DNA of 56,246 nucleotides from a virus (IMGVR_UViG_3300029448_000047:1-56246), one strand, 5' to 3'. Shown: positions 44,946-55,121, counted from the first letter of the stretch. A program made the numbers and translations. The notes: generated from the sequence alone by a model not told the origin.

Positions 44946-47426
44946 TTACCCCCTACGAGCCATAGCTTGACGTTGAACGTCTATACGCTCCCGATTAACC
45001 TCGTTCCTGTTTTCTGCAATCTCTTCACTACTTTCGATCCGAGCGGCATCAGTAACAGCGCGTTGCTCCATCTTAGCAGACTCAAGCATAATCTGGGCCT
45101 CGTCCTCTTGTGCCTTACGCTGAAGCTCCTTGTCTTTGATCTCCACCTCTTTCATGCGGATCTGTACCAATGGATCCGACATAGGATCTTGACCCGGAGG
45201 CGTAATCTCATCCAGAGTGGCTTTCATAATCTCTAGCTCTTGCGCCGCAACAGCCTTCTCCATCTCAGCAGGGTTCTGCATTTGCTGCTGTACTTCTTGG
45301 ATTTGCATCTGCGCCACCATAGGATCGATTAAACCTTGTTGTACTTGTTGCTGTACCTTTTGAACCAACTCTTGGATCTCTTGAACGATACTCGCCCTCG
45401 CCTTCATTGAGATATGTTCTTGAAGGTGTGCGTAGAACGTACCCATAACTTGTGGAGAAGTCATAATTAAAGGCGTTCTCATAAACATAACGTGAATAGC
45501 TATGTGAGTATCGTGGTCCTGTTCTTCAAAGGCCACCAGTATTTCACCCATCAAACCACGGGCGTTCTCAATAGCAGGGTCCAACGGCTTGGGCTTTGGT
45601 GCCGGCGGTAATATCTCATCAATGTTCTGTACTTCCAACGCCTGATACATACGCCGGTATGCCGCGTGTAAGTTATGCATCTGAGGATTAGATTGCGCCA
45701 ACTGCAACTGCGTTTGAGCCAAAGTAACCCGCTGCGCCATCGAGAAGATGTTAGGATCCGACACCGGTATAACATCTACCCGACCGTCAAAGTCCTGCGC
45801 CTTAATGCTTCTCTCGCCACCAGCTACATCATACGGATATTCCTGATCCATATTCTCTGCACAGATACGAGCCAGAATACGGAACTCATTCTTCTGAGCA
45901 TAATGCAGGCGCTTGTGAATGGCCGACATCACCTTCATGCCACGCTCAAGCATAGCAACAGTCGTACCAACAGGTGTCTCTTGGTTCATATTACTGGTCT
46001 GTTCATCAGCCAGTGATACAAAGCGGCGTCCGCCCTCCACCAAAGCGCCTAGAAGCTGTGCTAGAGTGGCACTAGGCTCCTTGTACGGCAATGGTATAAT
46101 AGAGTCCCTAATGTTGCCCCCAGGGGCGTCTATATCACGCCACTCTCCGGGCTGTAATGGCTCGTCATCGTTGCGTAGACGCACACCCCGAGCCTTAAAT
46201 CCAGCCGGCAGGTTTGCCAAAGTACCCGCATCAATCAATTGGCGCAGAATACTGGTCGCAGCGCGGCCCAACCCGCCAATCATGTGGATCAAACCAAAGC
46301 CATAGAACCCAAGACCGGGCATAAACCGGTAGTGAACAAAGAACTGACGCTTCTTAGCGAAGTCTGTTTCAGCCTCAAAGTTCCTGCGTATTGCTAAAAC
46401 CTTGCCAGAAGCCTCGTCCAAAGTAACGATGTAAGGCAGATGAATACCCGTTGGCTCCCCATCAGGAGACATGTCCTCAAAGCCCTCAACGTCCAAATCG
46501 ACATGCATCTCCAACAACGTGTAGATTTCGTCCTGATAGGTGCGGGATGTACCCTGTATCTCATCAACCTTCTGCCGAACCTCGTCAGGCTCCGCGTCAG
46601 ACGCCTGTAACTCGATGTCCTTGAAGAACCCAGCAATCTGCATCTTGCGAACTTGGTTGTAATCCATACGCAAAACATGAGTAACCCTAGATGCCGACTG
46701 TAAGTCAGCCGCAGCGTAAGGAACAACTAAGTCTTGAGCCGGCACAAAGGTCGAAACAGCCCTTTGCTTGGACTCGTCAAAGTAAACCTTCTTGAACGTA
46801 GATCCGGACATAGGGAGATAAAACAACAACTGATCCATCTCAGGATCGTATTCTTCCATCACCTCAGTAATCTGGTAATTCAAGTAATCCTTAACGCGAT
46901 TAGCCTGCGCCTCTACATTCGCGTCCTGCTTGCCCAAAATCTGCGTTTGAACAGGGCCACCCGCCGGCAGCAACTCTTTGTATGCTTGCGCTTGAAACTG
47001 AGTTACAGACTCCACAATCAAAGGATGCGTAACGCCCGAGGCACCCTCAAAGGGTTGGGTGCGATCCTCTTGCTTAATACCTAACTGGTCTAAACCCTTG
47101 GTATATGTCTCTTCCCAATCAGATCGAGACTCCAAATCATCCTCGTAAGAAGCACGAAGCTCACTTGATAACTCGCCCAAGTACCCATCATCCAAGTATT
47201 CCGCTAAGTTAGCGTCATGTGGAATGTCCTCGGGTATCTCGTCCCCCATAGCCTCTCCCAGAAGCTCCTCAATGGTAACACTGCCATCCTCGTTAGGAAT
47301 AATCTCCGCACCCATGGCAAAATCCATCGGCTCTGGAACATCAACTTCCGTTTGCTCCCCAGTTACATCAAGGGGCATCAAAGATGGATCAACAAGAGAT
47401 CCCATGGGTCGAGGTGGCAGGGCCAT
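44946..47426 (-). CDS. Portal protein
   Basis: 826 aa directly after TerL; GASGVTHP, GSTFKKVY, PGLGFYG, RQLIDAGTL, PGEW; coiled-coil C-terminus. Confidence 0.9.
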   Translation of the reverse strand: MALPPRPMGSLVDPSLMPLDVTGEQTEVDVPEPMDFAMGAEIIPNEDGSVTIEELLGEAMGDEIPEDIPHDANLAEYLDDGYLGELSSELRASYEDDLESRSDWEETYTKGLDQLGIKQEDRTQPFEGASGVTHPLIVESVTQFQAQAYKELLPAGGPVQTQILGKQDANVEAQANRVKDYLNYQITEVMEEYDPEMDQLLFYLPMSGSTFKKVYFDESKQRAVSTFVPAQDLVVPYAAADLQSASRVTHVLRMDYNQVRKMQIAGFFKDIELQASDAEPDEVRQKVDEIQGTSRTYQDEIYTLLEMHVDLDVEGFEDMSPDGEPTGIHLPYIVTLDEASGKVLAIRRNFEAETDFAKKRQFFVHYRFMPGLGFYGFGLIHMIGGLGRAATSILRQLIDAGTLANLPAGFKARGVRLRNDDEPLQPGEWRDIDAPGGNIRDSIIPLPYKEPSATLAQLLGALVEGGRRFVSLADEQTSNMNQETPVGTTVAMLERGMKVMSAIHKRLHYAQKNEFRILARICAENMDQEYPYDVAGGERSIKAQDFDGRVDVIPVSDPNIFSMAQRVTLAQTQLQLAQSNPQMHNLHAAYRRMYQALEVQNIDEILPPAPKPKPLDPAIENARGLMGEILVAFEEQDHDTHIAIHVMFMRTPLIMTSPQVMGTFYAHLQEHISMKARASIVQEIQELVQKVQQQVQQGLIDPMVAQMQIQEVQQQMQNPAEMEKAVAAQELEIMKATLDEITPPGQDPMSDPLVQIRMKEVEIKDKELQRKAQEDEAQIMLESAKMEQRAVTDAARIESSEEIAENRNEVNRERIDVQRQAMARRG

Positions 47427-48892
47427 CAGTAATACTCCCGATTACGCGGTCTATATTCATCCTCATAAGTGTCATCTCCTTCCAAGGAAACAAACCCACC
47501 CTTACGAAAACGCATTAATGCTAAGGTCATACTATCACAAAAGTCATCGTTGTCACCATTGGGAAATGAAACAACCTCCTCAATGACCTCTTCGCTAAAT
47601 TTCTTGGTAGTCGGAGCCCAAACCTTGCCAGCCTCAAACAACGGAGCAATCATATGCATCCGAGTGATCTTGTCCTGACCCTTACCGGGCGAAAAACCCA
47701 AAGCAGGAATGCCATGCAACCGTAATTCGTCAATCAAAGGTTGTCCTGTTGCTTTTGCTTCAATCAGAACCATATCTGGCTCCCAATATTCGTGTTCCTC
47801 AAACGCAACTTCCTTTAACTCTGGGAAATTCCAGCGATCACGCCGCGCATCCATCAGAATTATGTTGTCTCCGGTCCCATCCTCGGGGTCAAAAATTCCC
47901 CAAGTCGTAATTGCGCTAAAATCCGCAGTCTCTTTCTTGGAAAACGCCGTATCATACGCCTGAATTATGTATTTAATCGTGGGAATCTTCTTTTTGTCCC
48001 ACTCGCGCCACCATTCGCGCTTAATTATGGCCGATTCGGACGCAGTTGGGTTCTGTTGCCACTGAGCGTTCCACTTTTGAATGGGCAAAGACGCCTTAAT
48101 CGAAAGCAAAGCGTCCTTATCCCAGAACTGAGGCCATAATGGGTTGTCACTGGGTAGTATTGCAGGAAATTCTACAACCTCCCATTGATCTGCCAGTATA
48201 TCCTTGCCCTGTTCCGCCAACAAACGGCCCGTCAAATCCTTCTTACCCCAGCGGGTCATAACAACAATGATAGTTCCGCCCGGTTGCAATCGCTGACGAG
48301 GCCCAGAAGTGTACCACTCATACGCATGATCAAACGCAGTCTCGCTTAATGCGTCCTGTTCCGAATGAGGGTCGTCAATGACAAGCAAGTCCGCCCCGCG
48401 GCCAGTAATCGCAGCCCCAACACCCGCCGCAAAGTACTCCGCGCCCTTGTCAGTGCCCCACTTACCCGCGCCCTTGTTGTCTTCCTTGAGGTTAGTTTCA
48501 GGGAATATCTCTTTATAGGCTGGGTCATCAATCAAATCCCTTACTTTACGGCCAAACCGAACGGCCAACTCCGTGTTGTGCGTAGCCTGAATAATCTTGA
48601 GCTTCGGGTTCCTACCCAAAAACCAAGCAGGCATTAAATAACTGGCAAACTCAGACTTGGAATGACGAGGCGGCATGTTAATAATCAAACGCTTTAACTC
48701 GCCCCGAGCCACACGCTCCAGCTTCTCCGCAATAATCCGGTGATGACGGCCCTCAATGAAGTTCTCATACACATGATGAGCAAACGGCATGAAGTAATTC
48801 TCCGCCTGTTCGCGGATGTCTAACTTCCGTTTGGCCTCAGTTAGCGCCAAAATCTCCTTCAGCGCGTCCTCTGGTAATGCTTGTAAATTCAC
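47426..48892 (-). CDS. terL: Terminase large subunit
   Basis: MPPRHSKS Walker A, ITGRGADLLVIDDP Walker B, MTRW, nuclease YDTA and DDFCDS. Confidence 0.95.
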   Translation of the reverse strand: MNLQALPEDALKEILALTEAKRKLDIREQAENYFMPFAHHVYENFIEGRHHRIIAEKLERVARGELKRLIINMPPRHSKSEFASYLMPAWFLGRNPKLKIIQATHNTELAVRFGRKVRDLIDDPAYKEIFPETNLKEDNKGAGKWGTDKGAEYFAAGVGAAITGRGADLLVIDDPHSEQDALSETAFDHAYEWYTSGPRQRLQPGGTIIVVMTRWGKKDLTGRLLAEQGKDILADQWEVVEFPAILPSDNPLWPQFWDKDALLSIKASLPIQKWNAQWQQNPTASESAIIKREWWREWDKKKIPTIKYIIQAYDTAFSKKETADFSAITTWGIFDPEDGTGDNIILMDARRDRWNFPELKEVAFEEHEYWEPDMVLIEAKATGQPLIDELRLHGIPALGFSPGKGQDKITRMHMIAPLFEAGKVWAPTTKKFSEEVIEEVVSFPNGDNDDFCDSMTLALMRFRKGGFVSLEGDDTYEDEYRPRNREYY

Positions 48893-48900
48893 TCTACAGC

Positions 48901-51900
48901 CTAATCTCTTACAGCCACATCTTTAAATATTCTTGCTCTACGCCCAGGAACGTATGGTGTGTAATTACTCTCAATCATCTCCGGTACATAGTACGGACTG
49001 ATCTTCGGACGCTCCGTTGCCGGTATGTCAATCACGACATCCTCATCCTCTGTCTCTTCGGCAGGAGCCGCAGGAACGCCGGCAGAACCTTCTTCAATCT
49101 TGAGACAAATGTATCGACCCGTGGCAGGATCCAAAACACGGCGATAACCGGGAGGACAACCTTGGGCATCATTACTATCATCTGTCATATCTACAGGGAC
49201 AACAGCAGGGCGGTCATCACTAGGGCCGCTAGGTCCACCTTCCCTCTCCTCGGGAGGAAAAACATCGTCCGTGGGTAACTCAGGGAAGTATGGTGTTCCC
49301 TCTTGATCCTGAAGCTCTGTAAAATCTTTGCGCTCAGTATCAATGCCAGTAACAACTCGTCTTGTTGGCGGAACCTTACGCCGTTTCGCCGCGTCTTCAG
49401 CCGCATCCAAAGAACCCACGCCCTTCTTTAACTCTGCTTCGGTGGGTGTTGGTCTTTGCGCCGCAGCTAACTCATTCTCTTGTTCCGCGAACCGCGCACG
49501 TTGACGCGCCAAACGGTTTTCAAGACTAAAGGGATCCGGACCTAAATCACTTTTTATTTTTTGATCCGTCAACACCAATGGTTCTAGACTAGTTGTATCT
49601 ACCGGCGGAGTTCCTTCTTGAGATTTTAGGGCAGACACAGTTGAACGGACCTTTGGCATTGGCACTTTAGCCACCGCTTCCTCAAAAGATATCTCTGGAT
49701 CAGTCACCGGTACTGCGGCGTCCATCGCCTCTGGCGCCTTTCCACCACGAATTATCCTTGAAGGCTTTAATGCTCCAATTCCTTTATCCTCAAGGTCCAA
49801 AAGCAACTGTTCCTCAAGAGATGGAAGAGGGCCAGTGAAATTAAAATCTCCTTGAACTGGGATGCTTGGTCCTTGCATTGGAGGTATAATATCCGGTTCA
49901 CCAACAGATTCAGGTGAGGCGGCTACAAGCGGAGCCATCGCTGGGGCTTCTACGGGAGTAGTAAGGGCCGCTAACTGCGCTTTTGTTTGAGGAGTAGTAA
50001 ACTCTGGGGTGGCTGGTAAGTTAACAGGCAACGGTGTTTTACCCGCCGCTATAACTTCGTTAACTGCCTGAAGCTGCTCCATTTGATTGGCTAATTGATT
50101 AGCTAACGCAACCTCGTTTTCCGCAGCCGAAACATTACTCTGACTGTTAAGTATCGCATTCTGAGCAGTCTCCAAAGGCCGCATCGCCTCTGCTTCTGCT
50201 TCACCCTTCAAACGATTGGCAATAGCCCTGCGCCGATCAGCTTGCGCGGCCGGTGAATCTGTTAAAGGAATGTTAGACGGGAAGTTTCTTAATGATCCAA
50301 TGCCAGCAGGATCTACAGGCAATGACGTATCAAACGCTTCCATATTAGCAACTGCTTCCGCCTCGGCCTGCGTCTTGGCACGTTGCGCCCTAGCACGTTC
50401 AATATTATCCTGTTGTCGCTTCAACTGACGTTGAGGCGTATCCATCGCAGTCGGAACGGTAGACCCATACGGTCTAAACCTACCCAAATCCTCAATTAAA
50501 AATCGGCTTAAATCCTCCTTGGTCTTGGGAACAGAAGCAGAATCTGCGTCAACAGCACCTAACTCAGGGTTGCCGGCAGCACGGTTAGCCTCGGCTTGCT
50601 CAAACGCTATGTCCTGAAGTCTAGTATCAAGATCACCCCGAGCATCCGCTAAAAACGCAGCGTCAAAAGGCAAGTAATTAGGATCTTTCCTCAGTATTGC
50701 TTCCGTTAAAAAATCTGTACCAGCCGCGGCGCCAACAGACTTTGGTGCGCCACCAGGAACAAGTAAATCAAACTCTGCTTGAGCCTCGGGAGTAATCGCA
50801 GCCGCTTGCGCCGCAGCCGTATCAACTTGAGAAGGATCAAAGCCCCGCTGGTTTTCTAAACCAACTGGACCAACAAAGTTAGGATCACCTGAAACAGGGG
50901 CAACTGGACCAACAAAGTTAGGATCACCAGCCACCGGAGCAAGCTGAAGAGGACCAATGAACTCCGAAGATCCTGGCCTAGGCACAGCAGGAAGAGGACC
51001 AACAAAGTCTGGGTCACCCGGAACAGGGATCGTGCCACTTAATACATCTGCCGCCGCCGCCACGGTAGGTTGTGTCGGGCCAATGAAGTTAGGATCACCC
51101 GCTTGAGGAATAGTCGGACCTTGAGAAGGTTGAAGCGGACCAACAAAACCTGGGTCACCCGGAACAGGGATATTCGGTCCTTGCGGGGAAGGAAGAGGGC
51201 CAACAAAATCTGGATCACCCGGCTTGGGAGCAGATTCAATAGTCGGACCAACTCTAGATTGAGGTCCAAGACCCAAACCTTGAGCCACCGAAACGCCACC
51301 TGCCGCGGTGCTGCCACCAAGAAAACCAAGAATGCCAGACTCTTTGCGCTGGGCCGCAGTCTGCTTTAATGCCTGAGCATCGTTATACCAAGAAGGAATC
51401 TCCGCCTCAGCAATCTCCTGCATTCCCTCAGTCAAACCCTCAATTGCCATCCTAGATGCAGCTTCTACAGTCGGACCCACAACACCACGGCGCCCAGTTT
51501 GTGTGGCACCCTGAACCGCAGCCTTCTGAGAAATAGCCTTAGCCAAAGGCTTAGTAACCGCGCCATTTAAAACAGCGTTGGATAACGATCCACCCGCAGC
51601 ACTAATAGAAGCAACAATCGGAGCCGCCTGCTTGGAAATACCGCCAGCATACGCCAGAACCGCCTCAGCGTCAGAAAGACCCGTAGCCTTTAAATCCTGA
51701 AAACCAGGGGTGTTCTGTAAGCGTCCCTCGTCAAACTCCTTTTGAATAGCCCCCTCAATCTGAGAGTCCATGCCACCCACACCAAGAGTAACACCAGCAA
51801 CAACAGCCGCCGGCAAACTAGCTACCGCTGCCGCAGTGCTAACCGCAATAGAAGGAGCCATGTTCGCCAACTTAGTGCCAACATTGTCAAAACTTAATTC

Positions 51901-53691
51901 ACCTTCTAACTTTGCTTTTGCCTCATCACTCAAACGATCATATGCCGCCTGAGATCTTGCAACAGCAGGATCAACAACCTTCTCTCTATAAGCCTTTTGT
52001 AGATCCGTTTGCGGAGCCATAGCCTGCGCCATGGTTACATCACTATCAACATCAGCGCGGCCAACCCCCGGTCCGCCTCCCCGGTAGCCAATAGTACGGA
52101 AAAAGTCAGTACCATAATCAAGAGCTACATCGCCAGCCCGTGCAATATCCTCACCTAAACCATAAATACCCTGCTCTAAAGCAGTAAGGTTCCTGTCCGG
52201 TGGATCACCCCTGTAAACTCGGCGCTGTAATCCAAACTGATCTGGGGCCGTTTCAAAAGCACGGTTGCCCCTAACTTCAGTCTGTAAAGCAGAATCCATC
52301 GGAGCCCCTATCAACTCGTCAGGAAGAACTGTATTATAAACATTCCCCTCAGTCTCAGAACCAGGGCCATCGCGCCGACCCGGAGGAACCGAAACAGCAG
52401 GAGAAGGCTGAGGTACAGGCAAACTCGCAACACCGCCACCAGAGGTAGTCTCCAACTGTGCGTTAGGGCCTAAAATGTTCTCGTTTAAAAACTTCCCAAA
52501 ACCAGTGTCCCCTAACCCCGCAGACTCATAAGACGCTTCGTCAATAAAACGATCAGAACCCTCTTGATCTCGACGCTGCTGTTGCTGAAACAATATGTCC
52601 CTAACAGACTCAGGCGCACTAGGCTGAACATCCAACATGTCAGGACGCCGAACAGGACGATCCGCTAACGCAGGATCACCACCACCTAACTCAGGACTAT
52701 AAGTACTAGGACGAGAACCAGGATCAAACGAACTTAAAAAAAGCTCTGGATCCCCTCCCGGCGCCTTGGGAGCAGGCAATCCAAACGGAGCCGCGCCAAT
52801 GCCCCCAGGACCATAAGCCGCGTCCTGATACAAACTGTCATAATCAACAATCGGAGCCGCAGCCGGCGACACAGTAGTAGGGCGTAACTGTGGACGTAAA
52901 CTGGTCTTAGGCGCCCGGTCTATGTTAGTCGTAAACTGCTTGCCGCCAAACGTGAACGTACCACCATCACCGCCAGCCTTCCGTCGAGCCTCAGCAAACG
53001 CATCCCCAAATGAACTAGCCTCACCACTCAATGAACCACTGTTCATAATCGCGTCAACCTCACGCGATCCAGAGAAATTTGAACCAGCTACAGTGCCACC
53101 ATTCTTCTTAACACTGCCACCCTTCGTAACCTCATACCCAGCATCCGTTAACGCCTTGCGCTGCGCCGAAGTCATACCCTTCGTACCAATGCGCTGCCGA
53201 GGAGGACGAGGAGCCGATGATCCGCCACCACCACTCAAAGCACGAGCCGCAGCGCCCACTATGCCGCCACTACGAACGTAATTGCCAACAGCAGAAAATA
53301 TATTCTGATCTAAGGGATTAGCCCTAGCCTCAGCAGCACTCACATAACCATCGTTGTTCGTGTCAGCCCTAGCACCACCGCCACTGCCCGATACAGCGCC
53401 AGACTTGCCAGGACCACCGCCGTCAAACATATCAGCCAAACTAGTGTAACCGCCTGACGAACCGCCAGTGGATGCTTTAGAACTAGCCGTGGACATCTTT
53501 TTGTCATAACTCTTGTCCGCAAACTCAACCTTCTGACGGCCCTTGCCCTTAATATTTACAGCCTTGCCATGCTGACCATCACGCGCAGCCTCAGACAAAC
53601 TGTTGTACGTCTTGTCAGAACCGCCGCCGCCGCTGCCGCCCTCGTCACCACCGCCCCAAACAATCTGTGGCCTCTGCCAAACACTGAACAT
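48901..53691 (-). CDS. Giant low-complexity late protein (putative virion/ejected protein)
   Basis: ~1596-aa ORF; Gly-rich N-terminus, EF-hand-like loop, hydrophobic segment, GDPxFxGP repeats; AGGGGA SD before ATG 53691. Confidence 0.8.
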   Translation of the reverse strand: MFSVWQRPQIVWGGGDEGGSGGGGSDKTYNSLSEAARDGQHGKAVNIKGKGRQKVEFADKSYDKKMSTASSKASTGGSSGGYTSLADMFDGGGPGKSGAVSGSGGGARADTNNDGYVSAAEARANPLDQNIFSAVGNYVRSGGIVGAAARALSGGGGSSAPRPPRQRIGTKGMTSAQRKALTDAGYEVTKGGSVKKNGGTVAGSNFSGSREVDAIMNSGSLSGEASSFGDAFAEARRKAGGDGGTFTFGGKQFTTNIDRAPKTSLRPQLRPTTVSPAAAPIVDYDSLYQDAAYGPGGIGAAPFGLPAPKAPGGDPELFLSSFDPGSRPSTYSPELGGGDPALADRPVRRPDMLDVQPSAPESVRDILFQQQQRRDQEGSDRFIDEASYESAGLGDTGFGKFLNENILGPNAQLETTSGGGVASLPVPQPSPAVSVPPGRRDGPGSETEGNVYNTVLPDELIGAPMDSALQTEVRGNRAFETAPDQFGLQRRVYRGDPPDRNLTALEQGIYGLGEDIARAGDVALDYGTDFFRTIGYRGGGPGVGRADVDSDVTMAQAMAPQTDLQKAYREKVVDPAVARSQAAYDRLSDEAKAKLEGELSFDNVGTKLANMAPSIAVSTAAAVASLPAAVVAGVTLGVGGMDSQIEGAIQKEFDEGRLQNTPGFQDLKATGLSDAEAVLAYAGGISKQAAPIVASISAAGGSLSNAVLNGAVTKPLAKAISQKAAVQGATQTGRRGVVGPTVEAASRMAIEGLTEGMQEIAEAEIPSWYNDAQALKQTAAQRKESGILGFLGGSTAAGGVSVAQGLGLGPQSRVGPTIESAPKPGDPDFVGPLPSPQGPNIPVPGDPGFVGPLQPSQGPTIPQAGDPNFIGPTQPTVAAAADVLSGTIPVPGDPDFVGPLPAVPRPGSSEFIGPLQLAPVAGDPNFVGPVAPVSGDPNFVGPVGLENQRGFDPSQVDTAAAQAAAITPEAQAEFDLLVPGGAPKSVGAAAGTDFLTEAILRKDPNYLPFDAAFLADARGDLDTRLQDIAFEQAEANRAAGNPELGAVDADSASVPKTKEDLSRFLIEDLGRFRPYGSTVPTAMDTPQRQLKRQQDNIERARAQRAKTQAEAEAVANMEAFDTSLPVDPAGIGSLRNFPSNIPLTDSPAAQADRRRAIANRLKGEAEAEAMRPLETAQNAILNSQSNVSAAENEVALANQLANQMEQLQAVNEVIAAGKTPLPVNLPATPEFTTPQTKAQLAALTTPVEAPAMAPLVAASPESVGEPDIIPPMQGPSIPVQGDFNFTGPLPSLEEQLLLDLEDKGIGALKPSRIIRGGKAPEAMDAAVPVTDPEISFEEAVAKVPMPKVRSTVSALKSQEGTPPVDTTSLEPLVLTDQKIKSDLGPDPFSLENRLARQRARFAEQENELAAAQRPTPTEAELKKGVGSLDAAEDAAKRRKVPPTRRVVTGIDTERKDFTELQDQEGTPYFPELPTDDVFPPEEREGGPSGPSDDRPAVVPVDMTDDSNDAQGCPPGYRRVLDPATGRYICLKIEEGSAGVPAAPAEETEDEDVVIDIPATERPKISPYYVPEMIESNYTPYVPGRRARIFKDVAVRD
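50866..51222 (-). repeat. Tandem (P/A/S)GDPxF(V/I)GP peptide repeats
   Basis: Seven copies here (one degenerate) and an eighth variant (QGDFNFTGP) near 49830-49856. Confidence 0.85.
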
Positions 53692-53694
53692 CAA

Positions 53695-54087
53695 TCAAAT
53701 TCCCCTGTTTAAAACCGAAGCTAACCTTGATCCGCGGTGCGAACGTATCCGAACAATCTCCGGAAACTCTCGATTGAAAAAATCCCGAACATCCCTTGAT
53801 ATAAACAATACATCAGAAAGACCCCCCTTGGCAATCATATCTATAACAACCAAACAATCACCGTAATCACGAGCAAATACCTCCAATCCACAATACTCAT
53901 TGGAAATGTACTCCGCATCCGTCAAAAATGCCCAACTCACAAAACCCATGTAACGATCACCGTCCCAATAATGACGTACCTTCCCAGAAGCCTCAGCAGG
54001 CAATAAGCGCCAACCAATCGTCGCTGACCGAAAACCGCAATACGGCTCCTCACTGCACCACAACTCAATCGCATTCAATAAACCCAT
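53695..54087 (-). CDS. HlyC/RtxC-like toxin-activating acyltransferase homologue
   Basis: LW.S, LLPA, GFVSWAFL, GD.L..IDMIA.GG motifs appear in HlyC order; catalytic His position appears to be Tyr. Confidence 0.7.
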   Translation of the reverse strand: MGLLNAIELWCSEEPYCGFRSATIGWRLLPAEASGKVRHYWDGDRYMGFVSWAFLTDAEYISNEYCGLEVFARDYGDCLVVIDMIAKGGLSDVLFISRDVRDFFNREFPEIVRIRSHRGSRLASVLNRGI

Positions 54088-54354
54088 ATGAAACTATATA
54101 CCGCATATTTTGAAGGCCAATCAAGGACCATGGCCCCAAATGGAAAAATACTGAAATGAATTTACCAGACCTACTTTTACAGCCTGCTACGTGCGACCGT
54201 AGCCCTGTTTAGGGGGGGATGGGGTCGGTCGATTGCTCTAGATTTCCATGGCATCGCGTCCAGTAACCCCCAGACCTGCGCCGTGTATCGTGTCGCTGCG
54301 TGGCTGATGCCTGTATTTTTTTATCTATATAGTCCGATATGGGCGATTATTGTA

Positions 54355-54417
54355 TTGACATGGTGAGTCGTTTGCTATCTAACTTTAGTTAGACGCACCG
54401 AAACGCGGTGAGTCGTT
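54355..54417 (+). promoter_or_regulatory. Candidate early promoter/operator region
   Basis: TTGACA at 54355-54360; 11-bp direct repeat GGTGAGTCGTT at 54362 and 54407; the -10 element is not clear. Confidence 0.45.
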
Positions 54418-54438
54418 CAATCAGAAAAGAGGTAAGAC

Positions 54439-54777
54439 ATGACACTTGCAAACCTAATCGAAGACATGACACGCGAAGCATCCCCTCATTGGGATGCGGA
54501 TGACCGTGCCCTACTCGCGGCACGTATTGACGCAATCAAAGCATTGCAGAAAAGCCTAGGCGCGATGCTTAAAGAGGATCAAGCAACGGCCGTCGCGAAC
54601 GGTTTCGCAGAACATAAAGTATCAAGCGTACGCACCGCACCGAAAGTATCAGACTTTGAAACACTAGCACAGAACGGACATAGCGACCTAAGCAAGTTAG
54701 AACTGCGCGGCATCGCTAAGATGTTTGCTCTATTCGCTAAGACCGGAACACGGAACACATTCCGCTGGATCGACTAG
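54439..54777 (+). CDS. Early hypothetical protein
   Basis: GAGGT SD; first gene after the strand switch. Confidence 0.75.
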   Translation: MTLANLIEDMTREASPHWDADDRALLAARIDAIKALQKSLGAMLKEDQATAVANGFAEHKVSSVRTAPKVSDFETLAQNGHSDLSKLELRGIAKMFALFAKTGTRNTFRWID

Positions 54778-54781
54778 GCAA

Positions 54782-54835
54782 TACATAGCCGGTACACTGG
54801 CAACAGTGTACCGCACTATGTAGATCCTCTACATA
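54782..54835 (+). other. Intergenic RNA hairpin with GNRA loop
   Basis: CGGTACACTG-GCAA-CAGTGTACCG (54790-54813), extendable by TACATAG/CTATGTA. Confidence 0.7.
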
Positions 54836-54881
54836 ACACCGGCCGGATCGCGGCCAACTCAGAAAAGAACGAGGTAAAACC

Positions 54882-55085
54882 ATGCGTATCAAGTTAGAAT
54901 ATATTGAGGTCCAGATGCTAATTGCAGGGCTCGATGCAATGCATCTGCCTACTATCATGCACGATGAAGTGAAAAAGAAATTGAAGCGGCGCCTAGAGCG
55001 CATGGAGTCTGACTTCACTGGATCCTATGCTGACACTGCTATCGGCAAAAAGATTTCCGCTGCGGTCGATAAGATCGACGCATAA
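54882..55085 (+). CDS. Early hypothetical protein
   Basis: GAGGT SD. Confidence 0.7.
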   Translation: MRIKLEYIEVQMLIAGLDAMHLPTIMHDEVKKKLKRRLERMESDFTGSYADTAIGKKISAAVDKIDA

Positions 55086-55094
55086 ACCTAGACC

Positions 55095-55121
55095 GGCTAG
55101 CCTATGTGATGTAGGCTAGCC
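55095..55121 (+). other. Intergenic hairpin
   Basis: GGCTAGCCTA/TAGGCTAGCC 10-bp stem, no U-tract. Confidence 0.65.

Noticed and set aside
44538-45236. 232-aa + strand ORF
   Set aside because: Antisense to the portal C-terminus and the following gene
48901-53691. Calling the giant protein an RTX toxin
   Set aside because: No GGxGxDxL nonapeptide array (one weak GGGGSDKTY only) and no type I secretion genes
54304-54412. Hammerhead ribozyme suggested by CTGATG and CGAAAC
   Set aside because: Core reads CTGATGC rather than CTGANGA, and the required stems were not found
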